From Betaproteobacteria bacterium (GTDB lineage: Bacteria > Pseudomonadota > Gammaproteobacteria > Burkholderiales > SG8-41), in NCBI GenBank assembly GCA_029864385.1, contig JAOTTL010000001.1, positions 101-64,100 of the forward strand: a DNA stretch of 64,000 nt, given 5' to 3'. Of the stretch, positions 61,656-64,000 are shown piece by piece. The position numbers and the translations under genes were made by a program. The notes beneath the pieces were generated by a model. That model had not been told where the DNA came from. It saw only the letters and a program-made list of their open reading frames with translations, and did not search any database. How positions within the stretch are numbered: the first letter of the stretch is position 1; each line of letters opens with the position of its first letter.

Positions 61656-63841
61656 CAGGCCTTAAGCACCTCCAACACACGCGCCGGGGTAAACGGCATG
61701 TGGTATAGCCGTTTGCCGGTGAGCGCGTAGAACGCGTTGGCGACCGCCGCGGCGATGAACGGATTACCGATTTCGCCCAGGCCCGTTGGCTTGGTGTCGC
61801 GGTCCATGAACTCCACGTGGATTTCTTCCGGCGCTTCCGACATCCGCAAAACCTCGTAATCGTGGAAGTTTGACTGGACAACCTTGCCGCCCTTCATGGT
61901 GGCGCGTTCCTTCAACACGCTCGAAAGTCCGTAAATGACGCCGCTCTCGACGTTGCGTCGCGCCATCTCCGGCTGGACGACGGTGCCGCCGTCGATCGCG
62001 ACCCACACCCGATGCACGCGGATCTTGCCGGACTGGCGATCGAGCGAGATTTCCACCACGCCCGCGCCGAGCGAACCGGACCGCTCGGTAACCGCCAACC
62101 CAAGCGCCCGGCCTTCGGGCCGCTTGGTATTCCAGTCGGACAGCTTCTCGACCGCGTCGAACACGCGCATTGCCTTGGACGGCATCGCCATGCGCTGGCG
62201 ACGAAACTCGAACGGGTCGAGACCTTCCTTCGCCGCCATCTCGTCGACGAGCCCTTCGATCGCAAAGAGGTTGAAAGGATGGGCCACCGCCCGCCAGTGC
62301 TTCAGACGAATACCGTGCGACGTGCCGCGCTGCTCGACGTGCTGGTTGGGAATCCCGTAATAGCGGTCGATTCTAATTCCTGAATAAATCAGGTTCCCGC
62401 CGTCGCCGACCACGCAGTGACGCCAACCTGAAACCTTGCCGCCTTTGTCCAGCGCCGCTTCGACACATTGGTAGGACTGCGGGCGGAACATGCCGTAGGC
62501 GATGTCTTCTTCGCGGGTCCAGATCATTTTCACCGGCCGCTTGATGGCACGCGCGATCAGCGCCGCCTCGACGGTGTAATCGGTGATCGAGCGCCGGCCG
62601 AATCCGCCGCCCATGTACTGCTGGTGGTGCGTTACCTGGCCGGGATTGAATCCCAGCGCCTCGGCGATCATCGCGCGTGACCGGCCTGGCGCCTGGGTGC
62701 CTTCCCAGACCTCCACTTCGTCGCCGGCCGCATTGAAGCGGGCGACACCGTTCAAAGGTTCCATCTGGGCGTGATAGCCGTAGTCGCTGCGGAAATCGGC
62801 CTGATAGACTTTGGCCGTGCTCGCAAAAGCGGCATCGACGTCGCCCTTCTCACGGACGGTTTTACGTTTCGCGGCTTTGTCGTAGGCGATCTTTGGATAA
62901 GTCGCATCCAATGTTTTTTCGGAATCGTAGCCTTCCGCAACCGCCCCCCCGGCCCACACAACCTCGAGGGCTTTGCGTGCCGCAAGCACGCGCTCAAAGG
63001 TATCGGCGACCACCGCAACGCCCCGCTCGAGTTTGACGATGTCGATCACACCCTTCATCGCGCGAACATTGGCGTCGTTCCAGCTCTTCGGTTCAGCAAG
63101 CTGCACCGGTGCGTGCACCGTGCTGGCGTAGACCATGCCGGGAAGCTGCACGTCGATCGAGAATTTGGCTGACCCGTTAACTTTGTCCGGTATGTCGCGG
63201 CGGGCGACCGGCTTGCCGATCAGGCGGAACTGGCTCTTGTCTTTGAACTCGGACTCGGAAATCTCCGGCATGGTGTCCGGCACTTGGGCGAATGTCGCCA
63301 CCTCGCCATAACTCATCCGCCGTCCCGAAGGGCCGTGCACGACTACACTGGGTTCGGTGCTGAGTTCGGCCGGGTCGACGCCCCACTTTTTCGCCGCCGC
63401 CTGCAGCAAGACCTTGCGGACCTGCCCGCCGGCCCGCCGCATATCCTTGTAGTACATCATCACAGCCCGGCTGCCGACGATGGCCATGCTGTACGACAAT
63501 GACTTGCCCCTTTTGCGCGCATAGCCGTATTTCCTGGGGTCGGCCGGCGCCCATTCGAGCCTCACGTTGCCCCAGTCGGCATCCAACTCTTCGGCGAGCG
63601 CAATCGGCACGCCGGTCATCGAGCCCTGCCCCATCTCCGCGCCAGGCGTAAGAATCGTGATCATGTTATCCGGCGAAATGCGCACCCAGGCGCCGACCCC
63701 ATAGTTGGCGGCCTTGGCTTGGGCCTCCGACATCAACAGCAATCCTTTCGGGGCGAAAGCGACCGCGAAGGTAAGCCAGGCGGCGCTTCCGAGGAATTGG
63801 CGACGGGTAATCTTCAATCCGTTTTCTTTTATGTCGTTCAT
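61655..63841 (-). CDS. xanthine dehydrogenase family molybdopterin-binding subunit (IorB/aldehyde oxidoreductase beta-like), Tat-exported
   Basis: Twin-arginine signal ITRRQFLGSAAWLTFAVAF. 728 aa with the typical membrane-bound aldehyde/isoquinoline oxidoreductase large-subunit pattern. Confidence 0.85.
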   Translation of the reverse strand: MNDIKENGLKITRRQFLGSAAWLTFAVAFAPKGLLLMSEAQAKAANYGVGAWVRISPDNMITILTPGAEMGQGSMTGVPIALAEELDADWGNVRLEWAPADPRKYGYARKRGKSLSYSMAIVGSRAVMMYYKDMRRAGGQVRKVLLQAAAKKWGVDPAELSTEPSVVVHGPSGRRMSYGEVATFAQVPDTMPEISESEFKDKSQFRLIGKPVARRDIPDKVNGSAKFSIDVQLPGMVYASTVHAPVQLAEPKSWNDANVRAMKGVIDIVKLERGVAVVADTFERVLAARKALEVVWAGGAVAEGYDSEKTLDATYPKIAYDKAAKRKTVREKGDVDAAFASTAKVYQADFRSDYGYHAQMEPLNGVARFNAAGDEVEVWEGTQAPGRSRAMIAEALGFNPGQVTHHQQYMGGGFGRRSITDYTVEAALIARAIKRPVKMIWTREEDIAYGMFRPQSYQCVEAALDKGGKVSGWRHCVVGDGGNLIYSGIRIDRYYGIPNQHVEQRGTSHGIRLKHWRAVAHPFNLFAIEGLVDEMAAKEGLDPFEFRRQRMAMPSKAMRVFDAVEKLSDWNTKRPEGRALGLAVTERSGSLGAGVVEISLDRQSGKIRVHRVWVAIDGGTVVQPEMARRNVESGVIYGLSSVLKERATMKGGKVVQSNFHDYEVLRMSEAPEEIHVEFMDRDTKPTGLGEIGNPFIAAAVANAFYALTGKRLYHMPFTPARVLEVLKA

Positions 63842-63844
63842 GGC

Positions 63845-64000
63845 TTAGCCCTCCTTCGACGCACGCTGTATCGCGGCGATGATCCGGGTATAGGTGCCGC
63901 AGCGACAAATGTTCCCATCCATGTGCTTGACGATCTGGTCGCGCGAGGGGTTCGGATTTTTCTTTAAAAGCTCCGCGGCCTTCATGATCTGGCCCGACTG
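63845..64000 (-). CDS. (2Fe-2S)-binding small subunit (IorA-like), C-terminal part; 5-prime end outside window
   Basis: The minus-strand translation QSGQIMKAAELLKKNPNPSRDQIVKHMDGNICRCGTYTRIIAAIQRASKEG ends at TAA 63845-63847. The CRCGTY motif is diagnostic. Confidence 0.75.
   Translation of the reverse strand, partial: QSGQIMKAAELLKKNPNPSRDQIVKHMDGNICRCGTYTRIIAAIQRASKEG

Overview
This is a high-GC bacterial chromosomal segment with about 60 protein-coding genes, mostly transport and metabolism. I found no rRNA, tRNA or CRISPR array.

Gene content:
- A partial TRAP permease and a CocE/NonD hydrolase.
- A 5-gene LivHMKGF-type ABC transporter.
- Five orphan Bug/TctC-type solute-binding proteins.
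- Three acyl-CoA dehydrogenases, an acyl-CoA synthetase, and a phosphotransferase/DUF pair.
- PrpD-family, cupin, VOC, MBL, M24 peptidase, quinone oxidoreductase, 2-hydroxyacid dehydrogenase, hisG and CapA genes.
- An IorAB-type molybdoenzyme.
- A 1433-aa fused activase/dehydratase-like protein.

Signalling genes:
- A membrane class III nucleotidyl cyclase fused to a degenerate HD-GYP domain.
- A second degenerate HD-GYP protein.
- A PilZ protein carrying a Cys/His-rich N-terminal module. The same module recurs as a standalone paralog with a conserved non-coding leader.

The feature that gene annotation does not explain is the intergenic space. At least 15 spacers are filled with mosaic elements built from tandem 7-nt words (GTGAYGG, TCACTCG, GTGAATC, GGCGGAA) and a 10-nt word (CGCAGATAAA), often arranged as inverted arms. 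There are also two REP/REPIN-like short-repeat families (AAAGGGGCCAGGCTCGAATT and AAATGGGGnCAGTGTA).

Mobile-element debris is present:
- Two N-terminal remnants of an IS200-like Y1 (RAYT-type) transposase.
- Two copies of the 5-prime module of an IS110-family element.

Several genes look decayed: an in-frame amber stop, a frameshift at an (AT)3 run, and truncated antiporter, nuclease and TA-like fragments. AT-richer islets hold small secreted hypothetical proteins.

No canonical defence system or known novel-system hallmark was recognised. The repeat architecture and the Cys/His-module/PilZ paralogs are the best candidates for undescribed biology. All functional calls rest on motif recognition by eye; no database search was run.
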